This document shows, piece after piece, positions 8,843 through 16,680 of a stretch of DNA of 24,251 bases (positions are counted from its first letter, which is position 1; each line of letters opens with the position of its first letter). The position numbers were made by a program, and so were the translations under genes. The stretch is from an uncultured delta proteobacterium (lineage in GTDB: Bacteria; Desulfobacterota; Binatia; UBA9968), in NCBI GenBank assembly GCA_963840855.1, contig CAWJBB010000014.1:1-24251 (forward strand), in the 5' to 3' direction. The notes below the pieces were generated by a model. It was not told the origin of the DNA, did no database searches, and was given only the letters and a program-made list of their open reading frames with translations.

Positions 8843-9670
8843 ATGTTGGACAGCACAACGGTTGCAATCATTCTGGGAGTGGTTGAGGGCGTCACCGAAT
8901 TCATTCCGGTCTCTTCGACCGGTCATCTAATTCTCGCGGGCCATTTTTTGGGCTTTGTCGGTGAAAAGGCGGCGAGCTTTGAAGTGGCGATTCAATTGGG
9001 CGCGATTCTCGCTATCGTGGCGCTCTATCCGCAGAGATTTCTCGCCCTGATTCCGCGCTCGCCGCGTCAATCCAATGCCGATGGATCGACTTTGGCGGGC
9101 TGGTCCGGGCTTTACCGATTCGCGGCGGCGATCTTGCCGGCGCTGGCCGTCGGTTTCGTCGCGCGCCACGCGATCAAGCAATATCTCTTCAACCCGTTTA
9201 CCGTTACTTGCGCTCTTGCCGCCGGTGGAGTGGCGATCTTGCTCGCGGAAAAGTTTGTGTCGGGCCGCCGGACAAACTCGTTGGACGCGATCACCCTCGC
9301 CCAGGCGCTGGGCATCGGTTTGTTTCAAGTTCTCTCGCTCTGGCCCGGCACCTCGCGTTCGGCGGCAACTATTGTCGGCGGTATGTTCTTGGGACTCGAC
9401 CGCAAAGGCGCGGCGGAGTTTTCTTTTCTAGTTGCGGTGCCGATCATGTTCATCGTCACGGGTTATGAGATGTCTAAGATCGGCGCGACTTTTTCCCGAG
9501 ACGAATTGAACTCGTTTTTTCTCGGATTCGTGGTCGCGTTTGTCGTCGCATTGCTATCGGTTAAAGCGTTTCTCCACCTGCTCAACCGCTGGACCCTGGC
9601 CCCCTTCGCCTGGTACCGCATCGTCGCCGCCTCGGTGTTTTACTACCTGACGCGGGCTACAGGATTTTAA
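8843..9670 (+). CDS. uppP: Undecaprenyl-diphosphate phosphatase (BacA/UppP)
   Basis: GVVEGVTEFIPVSSTGHL, AIQLGAILA, PGTSRSAATI, AAEFSFL, FAWYRI. GGAGG RBS before ATG 8843. Confidence 0.96.
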   Translation: MLDSTTVAIILGVVEGVTEFIPVSSTGHLILAGHFLGFVGEKAASFEVAIQLGAILAIVALYPQRFLALIPRSPRQSNADGSTLAGWSGLYRFAAAILPALAVGFVARHAIKQYLFNPFTVTCALAAGGVAILLAEKFVSGRRTNSLDAITLAQALGIGLFQVLSLWPGTSRSAATIVGGMFLGLDRKGAAEFSFLVAVPIMFIVTGYEMSKIGATFSRDELNSFFLGFVVAFVVALLSVKAFLHLLNRWTLAPFAWYRIVAASVFYYLTRATGF

Positions 9671-9735
9671 TCGTCATCATTGTCAGGAGCAAACTTACCT
9701 GTTTGTCAAGCATGCGATGCTCTGCGTAATGTCTC

Positions 9736-9806
9736 GTTCAAGGTTCAAGGTTCAAGGTACCGGATCGGATTATAGGCCTTTGAACGTTGAACCCGGAACC
9801 TTGAAC
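9736..9806. repeat. Palindromic heptamer tandem repeat: (GTTCAAG)x3 GTACCGG, spacer, TTTGAAC GTTGAAC CCGGAAC CTTGAAC
   Basis: Four 7-bp units on each arm in inverted orientation, read directly from the sequence. Confidence 0.85.
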
Positions 9807-9818
9807 CGCGAAGGGCTG

Positions 9819-9854
9819 TTGACACATCTCTTCGGCTTGTTGTAACCGGTTACC
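9819..9854 (+). promoter_or_regulatory. Putative promoter (-35 TTGACA) overlapped by a LacI-family-like operator palindrome
   Basis: TTGACA at 9819-9824. Perfect palindrome GTAACCGGTTAC (9842-9853) lies where the -10 element should be. AAGGAG RBS precedes ATG 9886. Confidence 0.55.
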
Positions 9855-9885
9855 AGCTGCTTCTCAGGCGTGAAAGGAGTGGGTT

Positions 9886-11205
9886 ATGCCGTACAGCGCC
9901 AAAGGTCGAACCAAGAACTTCCCGGTCTTCGACTGCGACAGCCACATCTACGAGCCGCCCGAGGTTTGGGACAAGTATATTCCGGAGAACCACCGCGATT
10001 TCGCGCGGACCCATTTCTATCGTGACGCGGACCGGCTCATTTCCGTCAAGAATGGAAAGATCAGCTTCCGCGATCCCAACAAGTGGAAATACCCCGGAGA
10101 GACCTGGCATCCCGGGCTCAACAAGCAAATCATCGGCGCGGTATCGCCTGGAACCAAAGAATGGGATGAGCAAATCGGCCGCAACCGCAGCGCCAGAGAC
10201 CCCCTGGCGCGGCTCAAAGACATGGACGCCGCCGGCATCGATCAGGTGATGATCTTTCCGTCCACGTTCGTCTATCTGCCGCTGGTGGAAAACGCCGAGG
10301 CGGCGCATATCTGCGCCCGCGCCTATAACGATTGGGTCTATGACTATTGCAGCGCGGATCAGCATCGGCTCTACCCTGCCGCGGTGCTGCCTATTCAAAA
10401 CGGCGATTTTGCCATCGAAGAGCTGCGCCGCGTCGCCAGGCGCGGCTTCAAATCGGCGCTCGTGCGGCCGATCTTTTCCGGCGCCAAATATCCGACCTTG
10501 CCGGAATATGACCCGCTTTGGAAAGAGTTCGAAGAGTTAGGCATGGTGCTGGGTATGCATACTTTCCCGTCGCGCGGCGAAGCGATGTCGGCGGAACTGG
10601 ACCAGCGCATGGGAGCAAATCGCAAGCGGCTTTTCGGCGACGAGGAAATCCTCGTTTACTCGCCGGGACAGTTCGTCGCCAACATCATGCAGCTGATGGG
10701 TTCCAAGCAAGCGGGCGACGCGGCTTTCGGATTCATCGCGGAGGCGATGACATGGACGGCCGTGGTGCTCATGACCGGCTGGCTGGAAAAATTTCCCTGC
10801 CTCAAAGTGGCGATTTTGGAATCCAACTGCAGTTGGCTGCCGCTGGTGCTGGAGAAGGCCGAGACCTACCTCGACCTCTATAAACATACAGGCGAGAAGA
10901 TCGGCGACCCCCATGAGGTTTTTTACAAGAACTGCCACATTGCCTTCGAGAGCGACGAAGTGATGGCCTTCCGGCTTTGGGATCTATATGAAGACATCGG
11001 TCTATGGTCATCCGACATGCCGCATCTGGATGCCGCAGATGTCTGGGAGGCGATCGACAACATGAATAAATGGAAGGTGCCGCAAGCGGTGCAAGAGAAG
11101 TTACTCGGCGGTAACGCGCGGCGACTCTACGGCATCGAGCCGCAACTAGTGGTTAGCGCAGCGCCCGAGACCTACCAGCCGATGACAATGTCGCGCTATG
11201 CGTAA
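9886..11205 (+). CDS. Amidohydrolase_2 family metal-dependent hydrolase/decarboxylase
   Basis: VFDCDSHIYEP, ARLKDMDAAGIDQVMIFPS, ARAYNDW, YDPLW, LGMH, LKVAILESNCSWLP, WSSDMPHLD, LLGGNARRLY. Confidence 0.9.
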   Translation: MPYSAKGRTKNFPVFDCDSHIYEPPEVWDKYIPENHRDFARTHFYRDADRLISVKNGKISFRDPNKWKYPGETWHPGLNKQIIGAVSPGTKEWDEQIGRNRSARDPLARLKDMDAAGIDQVMIFPSTFVYLPLVENAEAAHICARAYNDWVYDYCSADQHRLYPAAVLPIQNGDFAIEELRRVARRGFKSALVRPIFSGAKYPTLPEYDPLWKEFEELGMVLGMHTFPSRGEAMSAELDQRMGANRKRLFGDEEILVYSPGQFVANIMQLMGSKQAGDAAFGFIAEAMTWTAVVLMTGWLEKFPCLKVAILESNCSWLPLVLEKAETYLDLYKHTGEKIGDPHEVFYKNCHIAFESDEVMAFRLWDLYEDIGLWSSDMPHLDAADVWEAIDNMNKWKVPQAVQEKLLGGNARRLYGIEPQLVVSAAPETYQPMTMSRYA

Positions 11206-11299
11206 CGGCAAAGACTTGTCGTCGCTACCTTCCGGCGAAATGACAAACGGCGTGCTGGTCGATCTTTCGCAGGTTTAGCCGCGCCAGCGAAGAACCTTT

Positions 11300-11989
11300 T
11301 CAATTGAGCGTGCGCGGCGCCGCTCCGGGGTCCGGGTCGCTGGTACCGGCTCCAAGGCGGAGCAAATTCACCAGCACGTTTTCGCGGTCCTTGAGCGTGA
11401 GCGATTCGAGCAGCGCCTGCTTTTCCGCCGGGTGAAACGGCAGTGAGACACTGAGAAGATTCACCAGTTCCAAATCCGAAAAGCGGCGCGCGTGCTCCAG
11501 TTTGACCTCCATTCCATGCGCGTCGCCATAGGCTGCCAGCGCGCCGAGCACGGCGGCGCGGTCGCACTGCCAACCCTCTTGCAACGCCGTGTCGGGAAAT
11601 TCCTGGTATATCCCCCGCACCCGGCGGTAGCCGCGGTGGAGCGGCAACTCGTCTTCGTAGCGAAAGCGGTTAACGCCTTTGAGCTGAACGAAGTAGCGGC
11701 CGTCTGGGAACTTTTCCGACTGCTCGATGTAACCGGCACAGCCGATTTTATAGAGATCCGGCCCACCCCCTTCCATCCCGGGGCGGGGGCCGCGGTTGTC
11801 GTCCTGAGGCGCGAAGGGTTGAATCATGCCGAAGATTTTATCGCCGTTAAGCGCGTCCTCGATCATGTTGCGGTAGCGCGGCTCAAAGATATGTAGCGGC
11901 AGAACCGTGCCCGGAAGCATCATCACTCCCGTCAAGGGGAAAACCGGCAATATTTCCGGCAGCGCCAATTGCGGAACGGTCATCGTCAC
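11300..11989 (-). CDS. Lon protease N-terminal (substrate-binding) domain-only protein
   Basis: LPVFPLTGVMMLPGTVLPLHIFEPRYRNMI, IGCAG.I, DGRY, PF.PAEKQALLE. No AAA+ or protease domain. Confidence 0.9.
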   Translation of the reverse strand: MTMTVPQLALPEILPVFPLTGVMMLPGTVLPLHIFEPRYRNMIEDALNGDKIFGMIQPFAPQDDNRGPRPGMEGGGPDLYKIGCAGYIEQSEKFPDGRYFVQLKGVNRFRYEDELPLHRGYRRVRGIYQEFPDTALQEGWQCDRAAVLGALAAYGDAHGMEVKLEHARRFSDLELVNLLSVSLPFHPAEKQALLESLTLKDRENVLVNLLRLGAGTSDPDPGAAPRTLN

Positions 11990-12009
11990 AAGACTTGCCT
12001 CTCATGTTG

Positions 12010-12038
12010 GTTATAGGTCAGGGACTTGAGGCGGTCAA
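12010..12038 (-). promoter_or_regulatory. Putative sigma-70 (or sigma-32-like) promoter of the Lon-N gene
   Basis: Minus strand TTGACC-N17-TATAAC; also reads CTTGA...CCTAT. GAGAGG RBS downstream. Confidence 0.55.
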
Positions 12039-12110
12039 GGCGCAACGCCCTTGCTTTCTAGTACAGTGGTATTTTACTTTGTGCGAGCATATTATTCTTG
12101 GAGAACAATC

Positions 12111-12578
12111 ATGAGCAAAGATCCGGGAGCCGTTACGGCGACTCTCTACCCAAACTTCAACCCGGTGGACCTGGCCGCGGCAAAAGAATTTTTGACGAAC
12201 CATCACCACGGTGTGCTCGCCACCCACAGGCAGAACGGCGGCATCCAGATGTCGCCCATCACGCCGGGATTGGACGAAGACGGCCGCGTGATCATCAGCA
12301 GCCGGGAAACCGCGTATAAAGTCAAAAACCTCCGGCGCGATCCGCGCGCGGCGGTGTGCGTTTTTGCGCCATCATTCCATGGCGAAGGTTGGGTGCAGGC
12401 GAGCGGCAGCGCCGAAATCATATCGCTGCCGCAAGCCCTCGACACCCTAATTTATCTCTCCCGTCAAGCCTACGGCGAACGTAAAAATTGGCAAGATTTT
12501 CGCCAGCGCATGGCGCGCGAGCGGCGCGTGATTATTCGCATCACCATCGAGAGCGTCGGGCCGCAGCGACGCGGTTGA
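12111..12578 (+). CDS. PPOX-class (split beta-barrel) putatively F420-dependent oxidoreductase
   Basis: GVLATHRQNGGIQMSPI, ISSRETAYKVKNLRRDPRAAVCV, WVQASGSAEII, MARERRVIIRI. GGAG RBS before ATG 12111. Confidence 0.85.
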   Translation: MSKDPGAVTATLYPNFNPVDLAAAKEFLTNHHHGVLATHRQNGGIQMSPITPGLDEDGRVIISSRETAYKVKNLRRDPRAAVCVFAPSFHGEGWVQASGSAEIISLPQALDTLIYLSRQAYGERKNWQDFRQRMARERRVIIRITIESVGPQRRG

Positions 12579-12587
12579 GCCTCTTCA

Positions 12588-13223
12588 ATGATAGCTGTCG
12601 TTTGCCACTGTATCCGGGCGCGCCGCTTAGCGCTGTTGAGCTTGCTGTGGTCGTCCGCGATCATCGTGACGGGGGCTTGGGTCCAGGGCGCCGAGGCCGC
12701 GGAATTTACCGCGGGGCAATTGCTAGTGGCGACGCCTGACATGCGTGATCCGCGCTTCGCCGAAGCGGTCATTTACATGGTCAAGCACAACGGCGAAGGA
12801 GCGATGGGATTGGTAATCAACCGGCCGCTGGCAAAGGGACCGGTCAAAGACCTGCTGCAAGGCTTTGGCATCGAAAACGAAGACGCCAAGGGCGAAATCA
12901 TTATTCATTACGGCGGACCTGTGAGCGCCAACATCGGCTTCGTGCTTCACAGCGATGACGTCATGCTCGATGATTCCGAGAGAGTGAAAGACGGCATTGT
13001 CATGACTGTCGATTCTAAGCTGATAGAAGCGATGGCACGGGGCAAGGGGCCGCGCGAATCCCTCGTGCTTTTCGGTTACGCCGGCTGGGCTCCGGGCCAG
13101 TTAGAAGGCGAACTCGAAGCCGGAGCTTGGCACGTCGTTCCCGCCGATAAAACTCTCGTTTTCAGCAAAGAGGCGGATAAGAAGTGGCAGCAGGCAATGG
13201 ATCGGCGCCGGATTTCGCTGTGA
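12588..13223 (+). CDS. YqgE/AlgH (UPF0301) family protein with an N-terminal signal-peptide-like extension
   Basis: GQLLVATPDMRDPRFAEAVIYM..H...GAMGLVINRP, GGPV, GFVLHS, GYAGWAPGQLEGEL...W. Confidence 0.9.
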   Translation: MIAVVCHCIRARRLALLSLLWSSAIIVTGAWVQGAEAAEFTAGQLLVATPDMRDPRFAEAVIYMVKHNGEGAMGLVINRPLAKGPVKDLLQGFGIENEDAKGEIIIHYGGPVSANIGFVLHSDDVMLDDSERVKDGIVMTVDSKLIEAMARGKGPRESLVLFGYAGWAPGQLEGELEAGAWHVVPADKTLVFSKEADKKWQQAMDRRRISL

Positions 13224-13258
13224 GTCCTCAAAACGTTTAGTGTAGGAGTGTAATGTAG

Positions 13259-14191
13259 ATGCTGCGCATCGCCGTTCCCGATTTAGTTTCCAATTCCTAC
13301 TTTCCCATCATCGCCGCTGTGGAGTTGGGGTTTTTCAAGGAAGAAGGCTTCGATGCTTCCGTGAATCTATTGTTCCCGGTGCCGAAAACTTTCGCCGCCC
13401 TGCGCGATGGCGCGTTGGATTTCGTGGTCGGCTCGGCCCACGCAACACTGTTGGCCTTTCCACAGTGGCAAGGGGCCAAGTTGCTTTGCGCCATCGGCAA
13501 GCATACCTACTGGTTTCTCGTGGTGCGGAGCGACCTCAAACCCCAGCGCGGCGATCTTGAGATCGTCAAGGGGCTGCGCATCGGCGCCGCGCCCGGCGTC
13601 GATCTGAGTTTAAAACGCATGCTCGTCGACGCCGGCATCGACACCGAAAGAGACAGCGTTCTAATCATGCCGATTCCCGGCGCAGTGGGACCCAATGTAT
13701 CCTTCGGTCTCGCGGCGGCAAAAGCATTGGAAGAAGGCAAGCTCGACGGCTTCTGGGCCAATGGCATGGGATGCGAAGTGGCTGTGCGGCGCGGAGTCGG
13801 TACGATGGTGCTCGACGTGCGCCGTGGCGACGGACCGCCGGCGGCGCGGCACTACACATTTCCGGCGCTAGTAGCCACGGAGAAAAAAATCGCCGAGGAG
13901 CCGGCGAGCGCGCGCGCCGCCATTCGCGCCGTTTTGAAAGCCCACAAAGCGTTAAAGGAAAATGTAGAACTGGCGACCGAGGTCGGTAAAAAACGCTTCC
14001 CGCCCTCCGAAGCGGACCTGATCGCTGAGCTGATCCGCCGTGATCTCCCCTATTACGATCCGGCCATCGGCAAAGAAACCGTCGCCAACATGAATCGCTT
14101 CGCTCAGGATATCGGACTACTCTCGGCATCTGTGCCCTATGAGGGCGTAGTCGCCGCCGAGTTCAACCATTTGTGGAACGAAACGGTTTAA
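13259..14191 (+). CDS. NMT1/SsuA/THI5-like periplasmic-binding-fold protein without a signal peptide
   Basis: YFPIIAAVELGFFKEEGFD, ALRDGALDF, VKGLRIGAAPG, ALEEGKLDGFW. In-frame TAG immediately precedes the ATG. Confidence 0.85.
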   Translation: MLRIAVPDLVSNSYFPIIAAVELGFFKEEGFDASVNLLFPVPKTFAALRDGALDFVVGSAHATLLAFPQWQGAKLLCAIGKHTYWFLVVRSDLKPQRGDLEIVKGLRIGAAPGVDLSLKRMLVDAGIDTERDSVLIMPIPGAVGPNVSFGLAAAKALEEGKLDGFWANGMGCEVAVRRGVGTMVLDVRRGDGPPAARHYTFPALVATEKKIAEEPASARAAIRAVLKAHKALKENVELATEVGKKRFPPSEADLIAELIRRDLPYYDPAIGKETVANMNRFAQDIGLLSASVPYEGVVAAEFNHLWNETV

Positions 14192-14194
14192 TTT

Positions 14195-14210
14195 TGGCAC
14201 GAATTAAGCA
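14195..14210 (+). promoter_or_regulatory. Putative sigma-54 (-24/-12) promoter upstream of the ECF sigma gene
   Basis: TGGCACG-AATT-AAGCA: GG and GC are 10 nt apart; the -24 element is perfect and the -12 element imperfect. Confidence 0.5.
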
Positions 14211-14349
14211 AAAGTTTCAATACTATAGAGACATTAGGTAAAGTGAAAACTGAATCTGTCAATGGGCCTCGACCGGCCGCTACCGGAAATCAACACCGGG
14301 CCGGGTTCGATGGCGCCGATCGGCACTTGCTATATGGAACAAATTTTCG

Positions 14350-14377
14350 GGAACCTTTTTCTGAATAAGCAGTCAAA
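14350..14377 (+). promoter_or_regulatory. ECF-type (sigmaE-like) autoregulatory promoter
   Basis: GAACCT-N16-TCAAA, against the established E. coli sigmaE consensus GAACTT-N16-TCAAA. It ends 16 nt before GTG 14394. Confidence 0.65.
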
Positions 14378-14393
14378 TAAATCGGAAGCGATA

Positions 14394-14969
14394 GTGTCTG
14401 GCGGGATCAGTGACGCGGAATGCGTCCGGCGCTTGCAGCAGGGTAACACGGAAATCTTCGCAACCCTGGTGGAACGACACCAGAAGACGATCTTTAATCT
14501 TCTATACCGCATGCTCGGCGATTATGATGACGCGGCAGAGGTTTCCCAGGAAGCATTTCTTTCAGCCTACCGCTCCATCAAGAGTTTTCGCGGCGACGCG
14601 AGTTTTTCGACATGGCTTTACCGTATTGCGGTCAATCATGCGAACACTCGGCGCAAAAGCGCGACCCTCTGGCAACAACGCATGGCCTGGATGGAATCCA
14701 TGGAGCCAGCGGGCGATGGCGGGCCCGACCCCGCCGATGCGCTTGAGCAAACAGAGATGCGCGAACGTGTCCAGGCGGCATTGAACAGCTTGGAGTCGGA
14801 CGATGCCACGATCATTTTGCTCAGAGACCTCCAAGACGTTCCCTATGAAGTTGTTGCCGATATGCTGAAAATTCCCATCGGCACGGTGAAGTCACGGCTT
14901 CACCGCGCGCGCCGGGCGCTCAAGGCCCGGCTTACGCCCTATTTCAAAGCAAGAAGGACGCCAAAATGA
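14394..14969 (+). CDS. ECF RNA polymerase sigma factor (RpoE/SigW-like)
   Basis: DAAEVSQEAFLSAYRSIKSFRGDASFSTWLYRIAVN (region 2); YEVVADMLKIPIGTVKSRLHRAR (region 4). GTG 14394 preferred because it follows the ECF promoter. Confidence 0.93.
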   Translation: MSGGISDAECVRRLQQGNTEIFATLVERHQKTIFNLLYRMLGDYDDAAEVSQEAFLSAYRSIKSFRGDASFSTWLYRIAVNHANTRRKSATLWQQRMAWMESMEPAGDGGPDPADALEQTEMRERVQAALNSLESDDATIILLRDLQDVPYEVVADMLKIPIGTVKSRLHRARRALKARLTPYFKARRTPK

Positions 14970-16117
14970 ACTGCGATGAAATCCAAGCTCAACTCTCGGA
15001 ATACCTGGATCGCTCCCTTGGCGCGGCGCCGATGGCGCTAGTTGAAGAGCATCTCGCGGCCTGCCCGTCATGCCGGGAGGAAACTGAACTACTCAGCGAA
15101 ACCATAGGCCAGGTTGCCGTGCTGCCAACAGTGGAACCGCCGCTTGGATTTACCCAGCGTGTTATGGCCCATGTGCGGGAGATCGAACCGCAACCGGCAT
15201 TATGGCGCCGGCTCTTTTTGCCGCTACGCCAAAGATTACCGGTACAAGCGACGGCGCTGGTTATGCTTGGCATTTTAGGTGCTTATCTCCTGCAAAAGGA
15301 AGAAATGCACAAACAATTAACAGCCATACAGCCTGTCCAAGTCACCGACGGCATCAAGCAAGACAGTGCGCCAGCGCGCCAAGACCTTCCTGTTCCGCCA
15401 ACGACGAGTACAAGTAAAACGAATGCCTCAGCCAAGCGCTCCACCGACGAGTCCACAAAACAGCCGGCATCGTCGCGCGACCCTCAACCAGACTCAATAG
15501 CGCGCCGCGAGCGCGTCCAGACTGCCGGAAGTCCGGCGCCCAAATCGACGGACAGCTTACGGCCCGCGACCCCGGTAGCCGCGCCCGAACCAGGCGATAG
15601 AGCGGCACCTATGATCTCCGGGACAGCGGTAGCTAATCATGTTTCCTCTCAAGGAGGCGGAGGTTTGGGCACGCTGGCTTTCCCCTTTGAATCGGACCCC
15701 GCGACCGCTTTTAGATCGGCGTCTTCGGCCATAGTGCCTTTCGCAGATTATGAGTTGGTTGTCAGGCGCCACGGCCGCCAACCGGCCGAGTCGCGTGGCG
15801 ACGTTACGGACGCAGTGCGTAAAACAGAGATGAGCCAGGCCGCCGAACGTCCATCGACCACCCCGCGCGCCATCGACCAGTTGATGGCCGCCATTCCCGA
15901 CCAGGCCCGCCCACAAACTATCTGGGTGACCGTGCCGAAAAATCTATACGAACAATTTAAAAAAGAACTTCACGCTCTGGGAACCATCGAGTCGGAAACC
16001 CAAGTTCCGCTCTTACGCGATCAGACGGCCGCGCAGACAGATGGCCAAATCCGCGTGAAGCTGACAGCCATGCCCGGGGCCGATAGCCCAACGCCAAATC
16101 CGCCCGCCAGCCGGTAG
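14966..16117 (+). CDS. Zinc-finger (ZAS, zf-HC2) transmembrane anti-sigma factor with a long extracytoplasmic region
   Basis: MNC...LSEYLD...EHLAACPSC (HxxxCxxC); one TM helix; P/S/T-rich linker; small C-terminal alpha/beta domain. ATGA overlap with the sigma gene. Confidence 0.9.
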   Translation: MNCDEIQAQLSEYLDRSLGAAPMALVEEHLAACPSCREETELLSETIGQVAVLPTVEPPLGFTQRVMAHVREIEPQPALWRRLFLPLRQRLPVQATALVMLGILGAYLLQKEEMHKQLTAIQPVQVTDGIKQDSAPARQDLPVPPTTSTSKTNASAKRSTDESTKQPASSRDPQPDSIARRERVQTAGSPAPKSTDSLRPATPVAAPEPGDRAAPMISGTAVANHVSSQGGGGLGTLAFPFESDPATAFRSASSAIVPFADYELVVRRHGRQPAESRGDVTDAVRKTEMSQAAERPSTTPRAIDQLMAAIPDQARPQTIWVTVPKNLYEQFKKELHALGTIESETQVPLLRDQTAAQTDGQIRVKLTAMPGADSPTPNPPASR

Positions 16118-16177
16118 TCCGGTCACATTAGCATCCTCGACGAATGAGCCGGGTGCGGGCAGAAAAGGCCATCATCG

Positions 16178-16666
16178 TCAGCCAACGAAAAGCGTGAACT
16201 TCGCGCCGTTGAGATTGGTGAGAGGTTTGGGATTGAGTAAACGCCGGTCAGAAGAGAGTACGCGCTGGGCAATTTCCCAATTGACAGGCGGCAGAGGATT
16301 CAGTTCACGAATTTGGTCTAGAGTAAAATAATCCGCATGATCTACTTCATGACCATCCGCCATAGGCTCGCCGCTAACGGGCTTTAACAGCAAGACAACG
16401 TAAATGCCGTTGCCGGAGTCCGGATCGTAGCGGCTCCGCAGCCCCAAGACCGCCTCCACTTCGGCCGTCACACCCGCCTCTTCCTGAACTTCACGAACAA
16501 CCGCTTGCTCAATGGTCTCATCCGGCTCGATGAAACCACCCGGCAGCTGCCAGTTGCCGCGGCCATGTCTCGACGCCCGCCGGACTAACAGTAATTGGCC
16601 GTGTCGCACCACGGCGCCGCCGACGCCGATGTTGTAACCCGTGTTATACCGTATTGGAATGGCCAT
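16178..16666 (-). CDS. NUDIX hydrolase
   Basis: Nudix box GGFIEPDETIEQAVVREVQEEAGV. GGAG RBS; starts 14 nt after the amidohydrolase stop. Confidence 0.93.
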   Translation of the reverse strand: MAIPIRYNTGYNIGVGGAVVRHGQLLLVRRASRHGRGNWQLPGGFIEPDETIEQAVVREVQEEAGVTAEVEAVLGLRSRYDPDSGNGIYVVLLLKPVSGEPMADGHEVDHADYFTLDQIRELNPLPPVNWEIAQRVLSSDRRLLNPKPLTNLNGAKFTLFVG

Positions 16667-16680
16667 GCGGGGCTCCGCCC

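Noticed and set aside
9671-9708. TTGTCA direct repeats or an antisense promoter into uppP
   Set aside because: Repeat spacing is 23 bp rather than the 11/22 bp of a Pho box, and the -35/-10 spacing would be 19 nt.
9736-9806. GTTCAAG repeats as a CRISPR array or LexA boxes
   Set aside because: Units are 7 bp with no unique spacers and no cas genes; the spacing fits neither GTTC-N7-GTTC nor GAAC-N4-GTTC.
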